60,557 nucleotides of DNA, filler included, from Sphacelaria rigidula (GCA_964200075.2; 9 parts of 9 records of this genome joined end to end with filler, not necessarily neighbours in it), one strand, 5' to 3'; shown: positions 12,467 to 26,149, counted from the whole stretch's first letter. Numbers and translations are program-made. Notes: generated from the sequence alone by a model not told the origin.

Positions 12467-13480
12467 TTTTTAAAGCGAAATAGACGCCTCCGCGAGAAGC
12501 GGTGGATGATGGCAAATGTCCTGATTTCACCCCGAGGTTCCGCACACCTTGTGCATGCAGCTGCGGACCTGAAAGCATCGCGCAAGTGGAAGGAGTGGGC
12601 TCGAAGACGATCGAGGTGTGTTTATATACTGACAAGCAGTTCCTCTCGCAAGTTGCACCGATAATGGTGCTGGCTGCTTGGAGCTTTTGCAGATTCCGTG
12701 CAGTCTAGGGCGAACACCCCCCCCCCCCCCGTCGAACCTCACCTCTGATGACATGGCAGAGCACGGCGTTCGAACGAGGCCATCGACAGATACTAGGAGG
12801 GTGTTTTCACCATCTAGAGAGTTTAATCTTTCCATAGGAAGAGGTTGCGTTGAAATCTATCCATGCCGTGGATGAAACGACGCGACTGAAGTTTGAAAAC
12901 CTCCAAACCTTCTTTCCGCATCAGTACACGGACCATCTGGACCCCTTTGTACTGCACCAGCAGCACATATCAGCAACATAGAGCACACCACAGCGCAGCG
13001 TAGCACAGTAAAGTTCACCACAGCACAGCACAGTACAGTTCAGCATAGTATAGTGCAATACAGTACAGTGAAGTACAGTGCAGTACAGAGCATTGTGCTT
13101 GCGGCGAAGTATACAGCAATAGCTTTGTGCTGAAGGGCGTTCACAGCAAGAAGTAGGCAACTGTATAAAATGAGGTCGTGCGATGACATGACGTTCAAGC
13201 CCAACACAGTCCTTGCCCCACACTTTCAGCGATGGTGCCCGATGACTTTTTTGTCGGCCTAATGCTCTCCGATCGCCTAGATACTTCTTGTGCGCATTTT
13301 ACGTACTGTGTGGGCTTGCAGCGCTGACCGAAACCGTCATTTACCTTGTTTTTTGAGCGGAGGGGAGGAGGGGGGGGGGGNNNNNNNNNNNNNNNNNNNN
13401 NNNNNNNNNNNNNNNNNNNNNNNNTTAATTAATTAANNNNNNNNNNNNNNNNNNNNNNNNNNNNNNNNNNNNNNNNNNNN

Positions 13481-13613
13481 GAGGGAAGGTGGGGCATTAA
13501 AAAGAAATAAAAAAGAAAAAGCTCCTGTGTTGACCTTCCTCCTGTGTGGCCCCGGCTGGTGCGCCCACATTTATCGAAAGGTGTAGACTGGTGTCCAGAA
13601 TAAATGGGACGAC

Positions 13614-13656
<43 letters not shown>
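13481..13656 (+). mobile_element. 3' part of tRNA-derived SINE with (CA)n tail
   Basis: Reverse-complement homology to 29325-29686 and 52870-53245 (cccatttattctggac...ccagccggggccacacaggaggaaggtcaacacaggag). Confidence 0.75.
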
Positions 13657-13658
<2 letters not shown>

Positions 13659-15904
13659 GCCGACACATCCCGGTCGACCTCCGGCTGTTCTTTAAGCCGA
13701 GATGTGACGAACGCAGTTGATTGGTTGTGTCTCGTCCCAATTGGGCTGGTCGTGCATCGGCGGAGAGCAAAATAGGGGTCAGATGGACCGTGTCGGTGAC
13801 CACATCGCAAATTCATGATACATTGGTGTTTGACCCATTCGGCCGAACGGCTGCCAAAAGATCGGTCGGTCCAAAACTGGCCGTAGTTCGTACCTTCTCA
13901 GGGGCAGAAAATCCCCGGCCTAAATGGTGAAAAACAAGAGTCAACAACTCTTCGTTTTTGCTCTCCTGTTGTACAGAGGCTAAATACATGTCATCCTGAA
14001 CAACCTTTGTCACCTGATCACTTCTGTTCAGCGCGGAAATGGCAAAAATCGATCTAACTTGGCTGGAAGCGGAGTCGAAATGACCAAACTTGGGTCAATT
14101 CTGATTCGAAAATGTGTACTGTATGCAGTATATTTCATTCGTTTAATTATTCCTTTTTCTCTGAACGCATCCATGATACATCTCGTCATCAACCCTGACT
14201 AGAGCATCGTGAGCGCCTCCGTTCGGGAAAAAATACGTGAACTCCATGAGCACCGTGGATTGTGACACAGATGAAGTATATCAGTACGTACGTGCATGTG
14301 GTATGAGCACCAATCGAGTTGATTCATTGAGACAATGGATAGGTTAATTCATTCAGACAACAGATTCGTCGAGAGGATGGCAGGACGGGAGGTTGGACGT
14401 TCAAAACTATTTTGATTGACCGATTTGGTTGTTCGATTGATTGATTGATTGACTGATTGTGTGACATCACGAATCCGCCCGTACGACAAAACGTCACGGG
14501 GGGCGTACATAGATTTCCCAATATGATTAAAGTCACAGCCCGAAATCTGTGCATCGCCCAATACAACCGGAAGACGGCGGGGGCTGCGCATGTTACTGTC
14601 ACTGTATTTCCTACCACATGGCACGACTGTTGCACCACGTCATTATCCAATGACGAAAATCAATGACCCGCTAGGTCGTGTGCAGGGGTGCATCCCGTCG
14701 CCATGTTCAGTGCAGAACTTGCGACCTTGCAAGATGCAGGCTAAACAGATACAAAACATGGGATATCTTCCCTGACATCCCGAATGCAGGTTTAGTCAAG
14801 CAGACGGCCCCTGGCAGGCTGCCCGGAAAAGACTCTGAGAAATCGAATATTCTCGTGGAAACCACCGTCGTGGATTAAGGATGCAAGTTTCCGGAAGCAA
14901 TGATGCGACCCCCCTCTACCCAACGTACACAGAAAGAGACACAGAGGGAAGCGCTCACCAACGGAAACTCGAGAAGAGCTAGAGAGTGAAGAGTAAGGCG
15001 AAAACAAACACATTTCACTGATATACATGCATATAAATATCAGCTGTACAACGATTGTCATCGTATGCATCTGAGTCGGATCATTCCAGTTGCAATACTT
15101 TTTCCTAGTTTACTTCTAACCTTGACCAGGGATACCTGTCAAGGGAGATGAAAAGCGGCACGGAACAGTGGTTTATTCACGTGTTCTGGCTTGAACAAAA
15201 GCGTCCATCACGTTTGGATTGTGCGTAAGATAGACCCGGGGGGGCACTGTTCTTTGGACGACGGAATTTTGTGTGGTCAAAAAAGGCAGTAGTGCGCGAC
15301 AGAAGACTTGTGCCGGTGGTAAAAAACTCGATAGCTAGTGATGCCCAACCACGACCCACTCCATAGTTAAGGCTAGCTTTGCTGGAAAAGGCCACGCCTA
15401 GCGGTTACGGAAACTTATGAAAGCTCACCATGTTTCGGCTGAGTATCGAATAATGGGTCACAGCAGCGGACGAAGTTATGTTTGTTTGGAGCGGAACGGA
15501 TGGCATGTAACAAGTGGTGCTTGTTTTGAGGTACGAAAAAGATATATGCGTAGCGGTTGGTGTCTCATACTGTGCCTGTGTAGCCTAACGACACGCACCG
15601 AGAGTTCCAGCGTGTGTGAAAAGTTTCGGCTCCGAACTTGGTCCCTGCTCAGCTACACGCACGCAAGTCTGGCTGAGATCCAATCGTGACTTGGAGAGCT
15701 ACGGCAATCGACCTTTTCGCCAACATTGCTACAGATGGCACAGCTTTTGTTTTTTCCTGCAAATACCGACTGCAGGGCTCATCACGTACTGCAGTTTGTG
15801 TACTGTGCCATTTTGTTGCGGCAGCATTGTCCTCTAATCATGGTCGCGTAGAAATCTTCACCAGTCTAACTCTCATGGTCCCTTCGACAGCCTAAAGGAA
15901 CAAA

Positions 15905-17158
15905 CGGAGCACAATTTTCCCCAAATTGTCATGTTTTTTTTTATTGTTGTCAAATAGTGTTGAAGTCATCGGTCGAGAAACACTGACAAAAACCGAAAAG
16001 TCTGGCGGGCTCTGCGAAGTTCGTATATTTGCTTCTGCTCCTTGCCCGCGCTGTCCCGATGACCATGGAGGCCGTCGACGCTCACACACACATGTATACA
16101 CGAGTATACGGTAGCGACAGCCTGTAGCCAAAGAAGCAAAATTTTCTCACGCCTCGCCAAACTTGCCCAGACTACTAGTGGTACTCGAGGTACACGACAC
16201 GGAACATGACTCCATAATGCAACCGTGGTAAGTGATGAGCTTGGCGGGGGCGGCGTGTCCGCCATCTCAGGGGTCCCCATGCCAAGGATCTCTGTGCACG
16301 ACAGCTGATCGCACCCGCCAACGCCTCAGCTATAAAGCAGGGGACAGCGGGCTGGGTGTCCCCCCTCCCCATCAGCAGTCGAATTTTCGATCTTGAGGCC
16401 TACGTGTCCCGACATGTTTTTTCGCCACAACCCTGTATCCACATAATCCTTCGAAAGAGGGGTGAATTTCTTCACCTAGTGGTAGTTATTGACAACTGCC
16501 ATACGCTGTAGAAATCTGGATTCCGATAATCGATATTTTGGGGTTCTAGGTGAAAAAACGAATGCTGGAAAAATTAGGTTATAAAAACGTATCCTAAATT
16601 ACCCAGCAATCGTTTTTTCACCTGGAGCCAGGGTTCTGTCGGAAAATGATTTCAGGACACGTAGGCCCCGCGTTAAAAAATCGAGTTTTCGAGGGGAGGG
16701 GGCACCCAACCCACTGTCTCCTACAGCCGAGGCGTTGACGGATGCGGTCAGCCGCCGCGTACAGAAATCTTGGGCATCAAGACCGCTGAAATGGCGGACA
16801 CGCCGCCCCCCTCCGAGCTCATCACTTACCATGATTACATTATAGGATCATGGTAAGTGTCGTGTACCTCGAGTACTACCAGTAGTCCGGGCAAGTTTGA
16901 CGGGGGCGTGAGATAATCTTGCTGGTATGGCTGCGGGCGGTCACTACCGGACGCTCGTGTGCATACATATAGTGTGTGCGCGTGGCCGGCCTCCGAGGTC
17001 ATCGGGACAGAGAGGGCAAGGAACGAAATGAAATATACGAATCTCGGAGAGCCCACCGGACTTTTCGGTTTATGTCAGTATTTCTCGCTCGATTTCTTCC
17101 CAAAAATTTTGAAAAAAATGAAAAAACATTATGACAGTTTGGGAGAAATTGACCTCCG
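15905..17158. mobile_element. Foldback element with ~530-bp diverged inverted arms
   Basis: 15905-16435 is the reverse complement of 16629-17158 (e.g. gtggtactcgaggtacacgacac / gtgtcgtgtacctcgagtactac). Non-coding ~195-bp centre. Confidence 0.8.
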
Positions 17159-17808
17159 GAGGGGAAGGGGGAAGGAGGGAACTCCGTGTCCGAAAATCTT
17201 CTCCCGACATACCCCTGCTAGAACCCCAAACTTTCGGCCACTGGAATCCAAATTTGTATGGCGTATAGTAGTTGCCAATAGCTACCAGTAGGTGAAAAAA
17301 TGCGGCCATATGTCGGCGAGTTGGTGTAGATACGAAGATTTTGTTTTCCGGGTTATCATCCTCACTGAAAATCTCCATCCTGAATGTTGACAATCGGCTG
17401 ATGTTTTGGGCACTTTTTTGATCACACGGAAACATCGGCAGTTTTGCATGCAACAATATGCCCCATCACGGCAATAATTGAAAACATCTGAGCAAGATTG
17501 CCAAACAGCTCCGCCGTGCGACCTTTTCGTTCCCAGAAGAGGTGATTTTATCACAGTACACGTTCATTGTCAAAGTTTGAGGAAGGGGACATGTCAGTAC
17601 CAGTCCCAGACGCCTGCAAAAAGCATTACTGCGGCTGATATTGGACGACCGACGGGCTAAGCGGTCGTCGGGGATCCTGTGACTGCACAACCGCAGCTTC
17701 TAACTCGTACGTATTTTCGCTCCATCGAACCAGTCCGGATCGGTGTGGTGAGCGATCGTGTATTGGGCCATTTGCTCCATTTTTTCAGCTATGTACTGCA
17801 CTCCAACG

Positions 17809-18159
17809 AACACTTTCTACGATAGCCCCCCCCAAACAAGTGCATGATTTTGGGAGACCAAATCTTCACGTAAATCGGAATTGGAAAAGGCGGGCAGAAC
17901 GAGCAGCTGGAAATCCCCATGCTTGGGTTCGTTGTCGCCAATTTTGCCAATATGAGGCGCTTCATGCAGCCTGAACCCAAACATCAGGCGTTGTATGACC
18001 ATTTTTTTCGCGACACGTTTGGGCTTGTTTTGGGGGGGGCGTACTCATTTGTTGCTTGCCTTCGTCGTGTGACCATTGACCACGCATCCCTTTCGAGACG
18101 GAGCACGTTTTGGGGGGGTGTACTCATGATCCGGGGGGGGGGCTATCGTAGAAAGTGTC
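17809..18159. mobile_element. MITE with 4-bp TSD aacg, carrying a nested poly(C)-tailed repeat
   Basis: TIR acactttctacgatagccccccc / gggggggctatcgtagaaagtgt; aacg at 17805-17808 and 18160-18163. Confidence 0.8.
18032..18106 (-). mobile_element. Short dispersed repeat ending in poly(C); other copies at ~20221-20267, 33701-33818 (diverged), 37208-37285, 37682-37778, 40251-40330, 54513-54580
   Basis: Shared core gtgctccgtctcgaaagggatgcgtggtcaatggtcaaacgactaaggcaagcaacaaatgagtacgcc(c)n. This copy is flanked by the direct repeat gttttggggggg (18027-18038, 18107-18118). Confidence 0.75.
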
Positions 18160-21100
18160 AACGAGGAAAGCCGTCTTTTGGGGGCCAAGATGCGATCAGC
18201 AACACTCACCACGAAGGTAATTTTTCACCCGGAGTTTCCTCAACAGCACAAATATTGGAAATTTTCCCTGTGAACGGAACGAACCGGTTCTCTCGCCATC
18301 ATCCGCCGACTCTAGCACATTGGAGTGGAGATGTAAATAATGTACAACAAATGCCAATGAAGTCATCGCCTTGACGCGCATTCACCTGCTGGACACATGA
18401 CTATCCGACATGGGTTGTAACGTATTTCAAACTTGTTGTGGTGAAAATGCAAATGGCAGCTCTTCCCAGCGACGCCGGAAGGGGACATCAATGGAGTGGC
18501 TGGGGTGGCGGGAGCGGGACATGCCAGGGTGCCCGGAAAATTTGACGTCTTGCTGGACATGCAAGACCTTATCAAAAAGGTAATCGTTGTGTTTCCGCCC
18601 GGTTGGTTCGTTCGATGGGTCCATTGGATTGGTTAATTGATCGACTAGTTCGATTGGTTCGACTGGTTCCGTTGATCGGTTGGTGATTGGGAACACATGA
18701 ACTGCTCCACCACAAATTCTGTCGTGGCCGGGCACAGGATAGAAGTTGGTTATCCAAGGTTCACACCCAGAAAATACGAGAGAAAATCACCTAGAGTTGG
18801 AGACCTCGCTTGTGCAGTGCGTGTTGCACACTTGCTTGTGGGTATCAGAGTATCGGCAGGCCTTTGACATCCCGAAAGTATTGCTATTGGTGGCTACCTC
18901 TGTGGTCATACCCATGGTCTGTGGAGAATGTTGCGTGCAGTGCGTCACTTTTGGGTGAAGCGGGTACTTGCGGGACTGCCCTTGCACAAAACCTCTCGGT
19001 CTGTCGAGCCATTGAAGCTATATTATATATATATATATATATGTTTATGCCTATGCTTTGTGCCTCCACTGTAATGGATGATGCTGCTGTGCGATGTTTC
19101 TTCCGAAACAGTGTTTTCGATACTTGTCTTTCCCCACGTACTTTCGCCAAGCCGCTGAACGTTTTTTTACTCTTTGAGCGCTTGTAGGGTGATAACTTAG
19201 CCGGGCAGTCATTTCCCATTTCCCCTGAGAATATAGTGCCGCTCCAACAGACGGATACACGTGGGTGGCTACGGGGTTAACCTGTTTGGAATTGTCCCGT
19301 GCCGGTGTCCCGTCCTCGGTGCAGATGCCTCATTACGTTCAGGCGCCCATAGATGTGGAACAAAGTACATGAAACTGTCTATACACATTTGATGTGTCCA
19401 TTCAAAACAGGCACCCCGGCGTGGTTGGAGCAGTATCGCTTCCCTTACCTGTACCCGTCACCTTGAGCGTCAAGTGCGGCTGGTTGTGTTGGTGTATGGA
19501 AGCTGTCACCTAGGAATCCGAAATCTCTGTCGCTCTCCCTCTGTGTATAGTACGAATCGTCAGGTTTGGCGGTGTCAGCTGCCTATTGCGGTATAGTGCA
19601 GCACGTAAACTCTTTCTCGTGGCCCTTGGGACGGTTACGTCGTATACTCAATGTAAGTGCTATGTTACTCTCATTTCGCGGCCTCCTGCCACATGGAGGT
19701 GATTTGTGGAAGCTGTCTTGTGCTCTATACGCTCCCAGGTCCCTCAGGGAAGCCACCAGATAGTCAATTGTCGGCCAAGGCTGAGCATGTCTCGTTTTAC
19801 TATTGTTGCTAATGCTGCTAATATTCTCGTAGTTGTTTGCACGCCAACCCTCGCTGTTTCAAGTTCTCTCTCTCTCTCTTTGACGGCGAGTAGTAGGTCA
19901 CATGAATCTCGTAGTGCATACACCAAGTTAATCCAAGCGATACTATATTTTGCTCCACTCACCGTTGCTGCATGCATATGAGTAGAAACATGGATGCACC
20001 AGTGCACCAACGCTACTGATATCCTAGAGTGTCACCTGTAGGCTGCGCTCATGCGACTACTGTACGGGTTCATGTACCGTACGCTTGGGGGGGGGGGGGG
20101 GGCATCCTCATTTTTTTCTTNNNNNNNNNNNNNNNNNNNNNNNNNNNNNNNNNNNNNNNNNNNNTTAATTAATTAANNNNNNNNNNNNNNNNNNNNNNNN
20201 NNNNNNNNNNNNNNNNNNNNGGTCGAACGACTAAGGCAGGCAACAAGTGAGTACGCGCCCCCCCCCCCTCGCCCGTTAGCATCTCGAACGGTGAGGCCTC
20301 CTTTGTTCTTTCGTACTGGTTACGGTTGGCCGTAGGATCGGAATTTGTTATCTTACACATCGATCAGTTATGGTTAGTGCCAGAATCATTGGTTTGTTTT
20401 TCGCTTTATTGTTCAAAACCTCCACGCACCCGAGACCGGCTGCGGGATACTTCATACTTGCGGCACTGCTACCACGTGCGTCAGCCATGGCTCATCACTA
20501 GTAACGCTATATTCTTGTATGGATACACACTGTGTAGTGGCACATTCCTTCTACCCTGCACGTTCGAAATACAGCTGATGATCGAGCTGCTTGATATACG
20601 GCATTTGAATCTTTACCCGCATGGTAAAACTCTCGGTCCTGAATACTCGCAATAACTGGCACGAGCGCTCGAAGAGTTGAAGCCATGCAATATAGGAATG
20701 GTGTTACTGCGGGCAAACCGACGATGAGACCGGCAACCATTCTAAGTTCGGTGAAAACCCGCACACTAGCAGCTTTCATGTGGTCCTTCGACTTCATGTT
20801 TACCAGGCGCCGGGATAGACGTTGAATAACACCCCCTTGAAGGTGTGAACGTCTCGCTAGCATCAACTTGGGCGCAAAACCGTACTAGCGCCTACTGACA
20901 CTAGCGGACGAAACAAGATGCAAGTAAAAATCAATATGACTGTATTGTCGCTTCAGGGCATTTATCAAAGTCGTTCCGCAGTCCCTGTTACTGTACTGTA
21001 ATATTCGTCGTAGCACATGTGGCATTCGGCATCCTGTGTTCGATTCTTGATTCAGAGCGGGCACGCAAGGGCGCTGTACCGGTACTGTTTTGAATGCTAC

Positions 21101-21500
21101 TGACATACGAGGAGATATCGCGCAGAAACACCTTGGCGGTGTTCTTCTATATGTCAGAATGGAAATACGGTGGTTGTAAGATACCAGGCTATATATTTTG
21201 GGGGTGTTGCTCAACGTCATCTACTAGCCGATCGTGGACATCGGGGCCGATATTCAACGTCATATGTACAGCGCACTGCTGCTGGTGCGGTTACGCAAGC
21301 TGGTTCAACAAAACACCACGTCATCTGCAAACTAGAGCAGACCAGGTAGGCAGAAAACGAAGGGGCGCAACAAGGGGGGGGGGGGGGGGGATGGTACTTT
21401 GTGACTACCCCCAGCAGGGGGGGGGATTGTGAAAAATATGCGGTAAGAGTGGGAGGGCTGCGGNNNNNNNNNNATAAAAGAGCGAGAAGGGGGGAAGAGA

Positions 21501-21543
<43 letters not shown>

Positions 21544-21680
21544 ATGGTACTTTGTGACTACCCACTACTGGCTGGTGGTATCTGAAACATATGCCGTACA
21601 TGTTGGACGTCTGCAGTACATACGTAAGTAAGAAGGTTCAACACCTTCTAGAAGCATATTTGAGAGACTCCCATGATCAC

Positions 21681-22529
21681 CTCGTTAGGCTGATCGAACT
21701 CTCGTTCGCTAGGTCGCTCCACACTAGCGCTCCAGATGACCGTGATATGTCCAGTAATCCCCTCCTCCGTCCTGAATCTCCGAATATCCTCGCGCAAAAT
21801 CTCCAGTCTTCTCTGCTGAGTATCGTTCGGGCCATCCCCGACAACATGTGTCGCTGTCGCATGTTGAGATTCTCCAATGAAGTCTGGATCCCACACGCCG
21901 GGCATAACCGTCGTCTGATCCATCTCCTCCTGCACCTGCCGAACCAAGTCAAAGTCGAGAATCCGAGCGTCATACAGAGCTTGTCCGAGCGGTGTACCCC
22001 GAATATCCCAACCTCCGAGTGCACAGTCATTAGCATGCGCCAATGGATATATCTCCCGGTATCCACCGGATCCGCCCTTGCTGGGCAGCTGCGTGATACA
22101 GCCTAGGTAGTTCGGCGTCATGCGCCCTGTTGGGCCCTCCCATGATATCCTTTTCTTGTTGGCAATTATGCCCGCCGCAGCCGTTACTCCGTTTCCACCC
22201 CCGAAGCCGACTATAAGAATCCCTGGTCGATTGCTACTGGGTATAGGTGTCGTTGTTGGTGACGGCGGTGTCGGTGTCGCTGTCATAGTACAAGTAGCAG
22301 CAGTGGGGTTGCGGTTCGATGAGAGCTGGTGAATCTTTCTGGATCTGTTGCTCGTGTCGTGGTTGAATTGTGTCGTTTGGTGATGGAGGGTAGATGTCGG
22401 GACTACGAAAGCATACACTGCGGAATTTTTGGAGATGCTGAAAGGGATAGTGAACAGTAGGCACACAATGCGCGCCAGTAGCAATGGCAAACTGCACACC
22501 AACATGAACCAACAGTGGCGCTGTCGCAT
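21681..22529 (-). CDS. INO1: myo-inositol-1-phosphate synthase (inositol-3-phosphate synthase), first exon, with N-terminal targeting presequence
   Basis: Rossmann motif GILIVGFGGGNG plus PNYLGCITQ, LGGWDI, DPDFIGESQ, LREDIRRFR and VIWSASVER match MIPS motifs (canonical GWGGNNG, GGWDI, VLWTANTER). Probable donor gag|gtgatc at 21681/21680. Downstream exons were not identified in this contig. Confidence 0.9.
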
Positions 22530-23038
22530 GCACGAAGTCGCCCCTGGATCGAGAGAGCTTGCTGTTCAGACCCGCGGTCGAGATCAATGCCACGCCAGGG
22601 GTGACACATATATATGTGGCAGGCACCAGGGCAGCGTTAAAAACACCCGGAGTATGAATATAACTTTTTCGTGCGGGAGGGGTTGGTGGCATCAAAGTAT
22701 TGCTATTGCGAGAAGCCCATGGTTTCCACGTGTGCTTTCAGCGAGTTGAAAATTAGAAGATGTTTGAAACAACTTTCATATGGATGTATTTTGAAATAGT
22801 CACTCAACCTTGAATACGCTGCTGTGGGGGTGATATCAGGGAAAATGAGGGCTTCGCTCAGCGCTGGTAGCTCACAGAAGCGGTAAAATGCGCTGAAAAA
22901 GTATCTACGCGATCAAGGGGCACTAGATCGACAAAAAAGTCATCGGGCACCATCGCTGTAGACATGAAGAAAGCAGTACTCATTTTAGTGTACAACCTCA
23001 TTTTAAAGAAGTGTCTGTTATTGTTAGTCCTATTAATA

Positions 23039-23200
23039 TATTGTCTTTCCCTTGCTCAAGAAAAGAAATCAAGCATCCAACCATCCATCCTCAAACAATC
23101 TTTTATTTAAATAAATTATTTTTATTTTATAGTATTGTCCTTCCCTTGTCCAAAAAATAAAATCCAACCATCCACCCTCAAACAATCTTTAATTAATTAT
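23039..23200. repeat. Diverged ~95-bp tandem duplication, AT-rich
   Basis: tattgtc(t/c)ttcccttg...atccaaccatcca(t/c)cctcaaacaatcttt occurs twice. Confidence 0.7.
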
Positions 23201-23336
23201 TTAATTAATATATATATATTAAACAAATAACAGTAGTAACGGCAGCAGCAGTGACAGCAGCAACAGCAGTATATAGTGCGCAGACAAGTACCAGTGCCAC
23301 GTACTTTCATATACATACATGTCATGGTGAGTTTAA

Positions 23337-23434
23337 CCCGTAGACCGCGAGGTTAGTCTTTCTGGATCATGCATACTTTTTTTCACTCGAAATTGATGCC
23401 GATTCCACAGAAGACTAACCTCGCGGTCTAAGGG
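23337..23434. mobile_element. 98-bp piggyBac-like MITE
   Basis: TTAA on both sides (23333-23336, 23435-23438); CCC...GGG termini; TIR cccgtagaccgcgaggttagtctt / aagactaacctcgcggtctaaggg. Confidence 0.85.
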
Positions 23435-26093
23435 TTAAAATAAATATTGTTTTCTGGTCGCGCAGGTGCATACTTGTCGCAGGTATGTGAGGATCCTCGA
23501 AAATGGGGTTGAAGACTGAAATTAGGTAGGTTCCGAAGTGGCATAACTAAAAACCAGGTTTTGTACGAAAAAGTTATGCCAATGGAAAGCATCTTCGCAA
23601 AAAACAATTATGCCGCAGACAAGCAGGTGTGGCTATGTACACCGAATGAATGCGGTGTACACGCGTGTGGATGACGATGCCAACGGAGGAGCAACGGCGG
23701 AGAGGAAGCTCCTCGCCCGTGTCTTTTGTCTGCCCTCGTTCGGCGATTCCCAATAGCTAGAGAGATTGGTATCATGTCACCAGCACATACCCAATTTACC
23801 ATGTATGTGCTAGTAGGCGAGATATTGCTGCAGAGCCCCAAGAAGATGGGGATGCCGAGGGTTGTCGTCTCTTCTTGGCTATGGTACTGACCAATGCAAA
23901 GATCGATTGCTCCCTTTCTCCTGTTCCTTCTCTTTTTCAGAGCGTGTTTCAGTTTCGTTTTCTTGGGTATGTCATCATGAGACCACTGCTGGATCCCTGG
24001 GGGGTCAGTTAAAGGGCGATAATCGATAAAAAAAATCGAACCTCTGCCTTACTTTTTGGACAGGACGGGCCTGTGTGCGCTGCAGAACACATCGTCAAAA
24101 AGCAGGCGGACGATGTTCCCGTCACCGCTACTGTTCTCTAACACGCACACGCCAGCAAGGACGGTGTTGCGGCAATAAGATCCAATCGCAACTTGGGGGG
24201 GTGCTATTGTCATCGCTGATGTTACCCGACCTCTGTACCTGTGTGTGCACAACAGAGACTAAAGTCTGCTACACCCCTGATGGAGGGAAGAATGAGAGAT
24301 CAAACACTCGTGGAGACCTTCTTAGTATGAAGAGTGGAAGAAGATACCTCTGGCGGTGACCTAGCTGTTGTTGGCGTGATCCATAGGGGGGTTGTCATAC
24401 GCGCTTAATACCTCTCTCGGAAGGCACTCCACTGTAATACCGTGTTCTCGTACACTCAGAACCGAGTTACAGTAGCTCATCTGCTGTACCGCACGTGACC
24501 AGAACTACGACCTCGCGGGCGACAGGTTTTCTTGTGGAGCCTATTATTCACGGGGCAAGTTTTTTAGATATGTTCAACTTCTTGGGGAAAATTGGATTTT
24601 CCCGCCAACTTCTCCGCAAATAATGGTGAAAACAAACTCTTGATGAAAAAAAGAACCCTAGGTTTTCGGTTCAACCTTTAGTCAGTCTCTGGGGTGATCT
24701 TTTGTCTGACCTGGCTGAGAAACCTTCTCCTACATTCTTCGGAAAAAGTAGAAATTGGCCGAAAATATCCGAGATTTCATCCGTGAAAGAAGTCCGAATG
24801 GTACACACCTTATATCTTCTCCACCAGCGACTAAACCCTATACTCCCGAGAGATGGCGTGCCCAGGAATATACATCGAATGACATATTTTCAACGACACA
24901 ACAAGTATCGACGGTGCGGCCGCAAGAGGCCTTGCGCCTCAGGTTCCAGGAAAAGCCAACTTTTGATAAAAGGTAACACATCATCCGAGAGTGGTGTTCT
25001 CTATCGCTTTTTTGCTTCCCTTTTTTCGTCAGCCTTTCACACCCTCTCCCGTCCTCTCTCGGGACGAGTTCCCAATCTCGAAGGATAAAGTCAAATCTCC
25101 CCCAGTACACGCCTTACATTTTGGTATCGCGGGTCGGATCAGCACTCCCGCATCGCGTAGAAGCCCGTAAAAAAAAAAGTTGCGACTGATGTTCTAACGA
25201 TTGTAAACGGCGGAATCTAGACATCTCTTGGCACAAAAAACGCATCCACCGGGATTTCGAACCCCTAACCTTTCGCACCGATGGGTTTCAGGTGTGACCA
25301 CTAAGACAAGAGGGGCGAGGCAGCTTTACTCGCTGCCAGTCTCACGCACATAGAGCATGGTTGCTACTGATTGACGGTTTTATATTCATTGATTGTCGCA
25401 CTTGATTGCCCAGGAGTCATTATCCATCCGTGGTCATTATCCACATGGTCGACGTACCCAAGGCAAAACATAACTAAAACACTGGCTCAAGAAAAGTGAA
25501 GAGGAAACACAAAAGGTAAAACAGACAGGGTACTCCAAGAAAATAAAAGAAAAATAACAGAAGAGAAAATTACCAAGAGAAAACCATATTACTGCTTCCC
25601 GCCATACTATAATAGTTGGCGTGCGACGACTTGCTGTGCGCCGACGTTGTTGGGATGGCCTAATCCGTCTAGTACTTCTATTACATTGGGAGAGGTTTGG
25701 AATCCTCCTGCGCTGATGCCGGTGTGTTGGACTTGGCCTTCTGCCGAGCGCCGTTCCACGCCCTTGAGTCTCTGGTAAAACGACCATGAGATCTGTTTTG
25801 ACAGAAAACAAATCATTCGAGCAGCAAAAAGAAAGAGGAAATAATGGTTGATTGATTGGTCGGTTGATTGATTTGATTGGTAGTCGCACATTAAGTTCCC
25901 CCCCAGGTATTCATGACGCAGCCGTGGTCATCATCCACAAGGTAGACTTATCGAAGGTGAACAGAACGGAAACGTTCCCTGTGAAAAAAAAAGCGGTGAA
26001 AACCAAAAAATGAAGACTCAAAACGGAGTAAACTGAAAAACGAAAACGAAACCACTCAGGAAAAAGGGAGGGAAGGAAGGGAGAAGATATAAA

Positions 26094-26100
26094 AACTACA

Positions 26101-26149
<49 letters not shown>

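Noticed and set aside
12735..12802. CTGATGA hammerhead-like motif
   Set aside because: It has GACA instead of GAAA, and stems I and III pair poorly.
15177..15395. FCSSQNT as a downstream INO1 exon
   Set aside because: It lies in a different contig and the surrounding residues do not match MIPS.
19260..20010. Possible RT remnant on - (MDTSNVYRQFHV)
   Set aside because: A single weak motif among many stops, with no YxDD, and in a different contig from the YR element.
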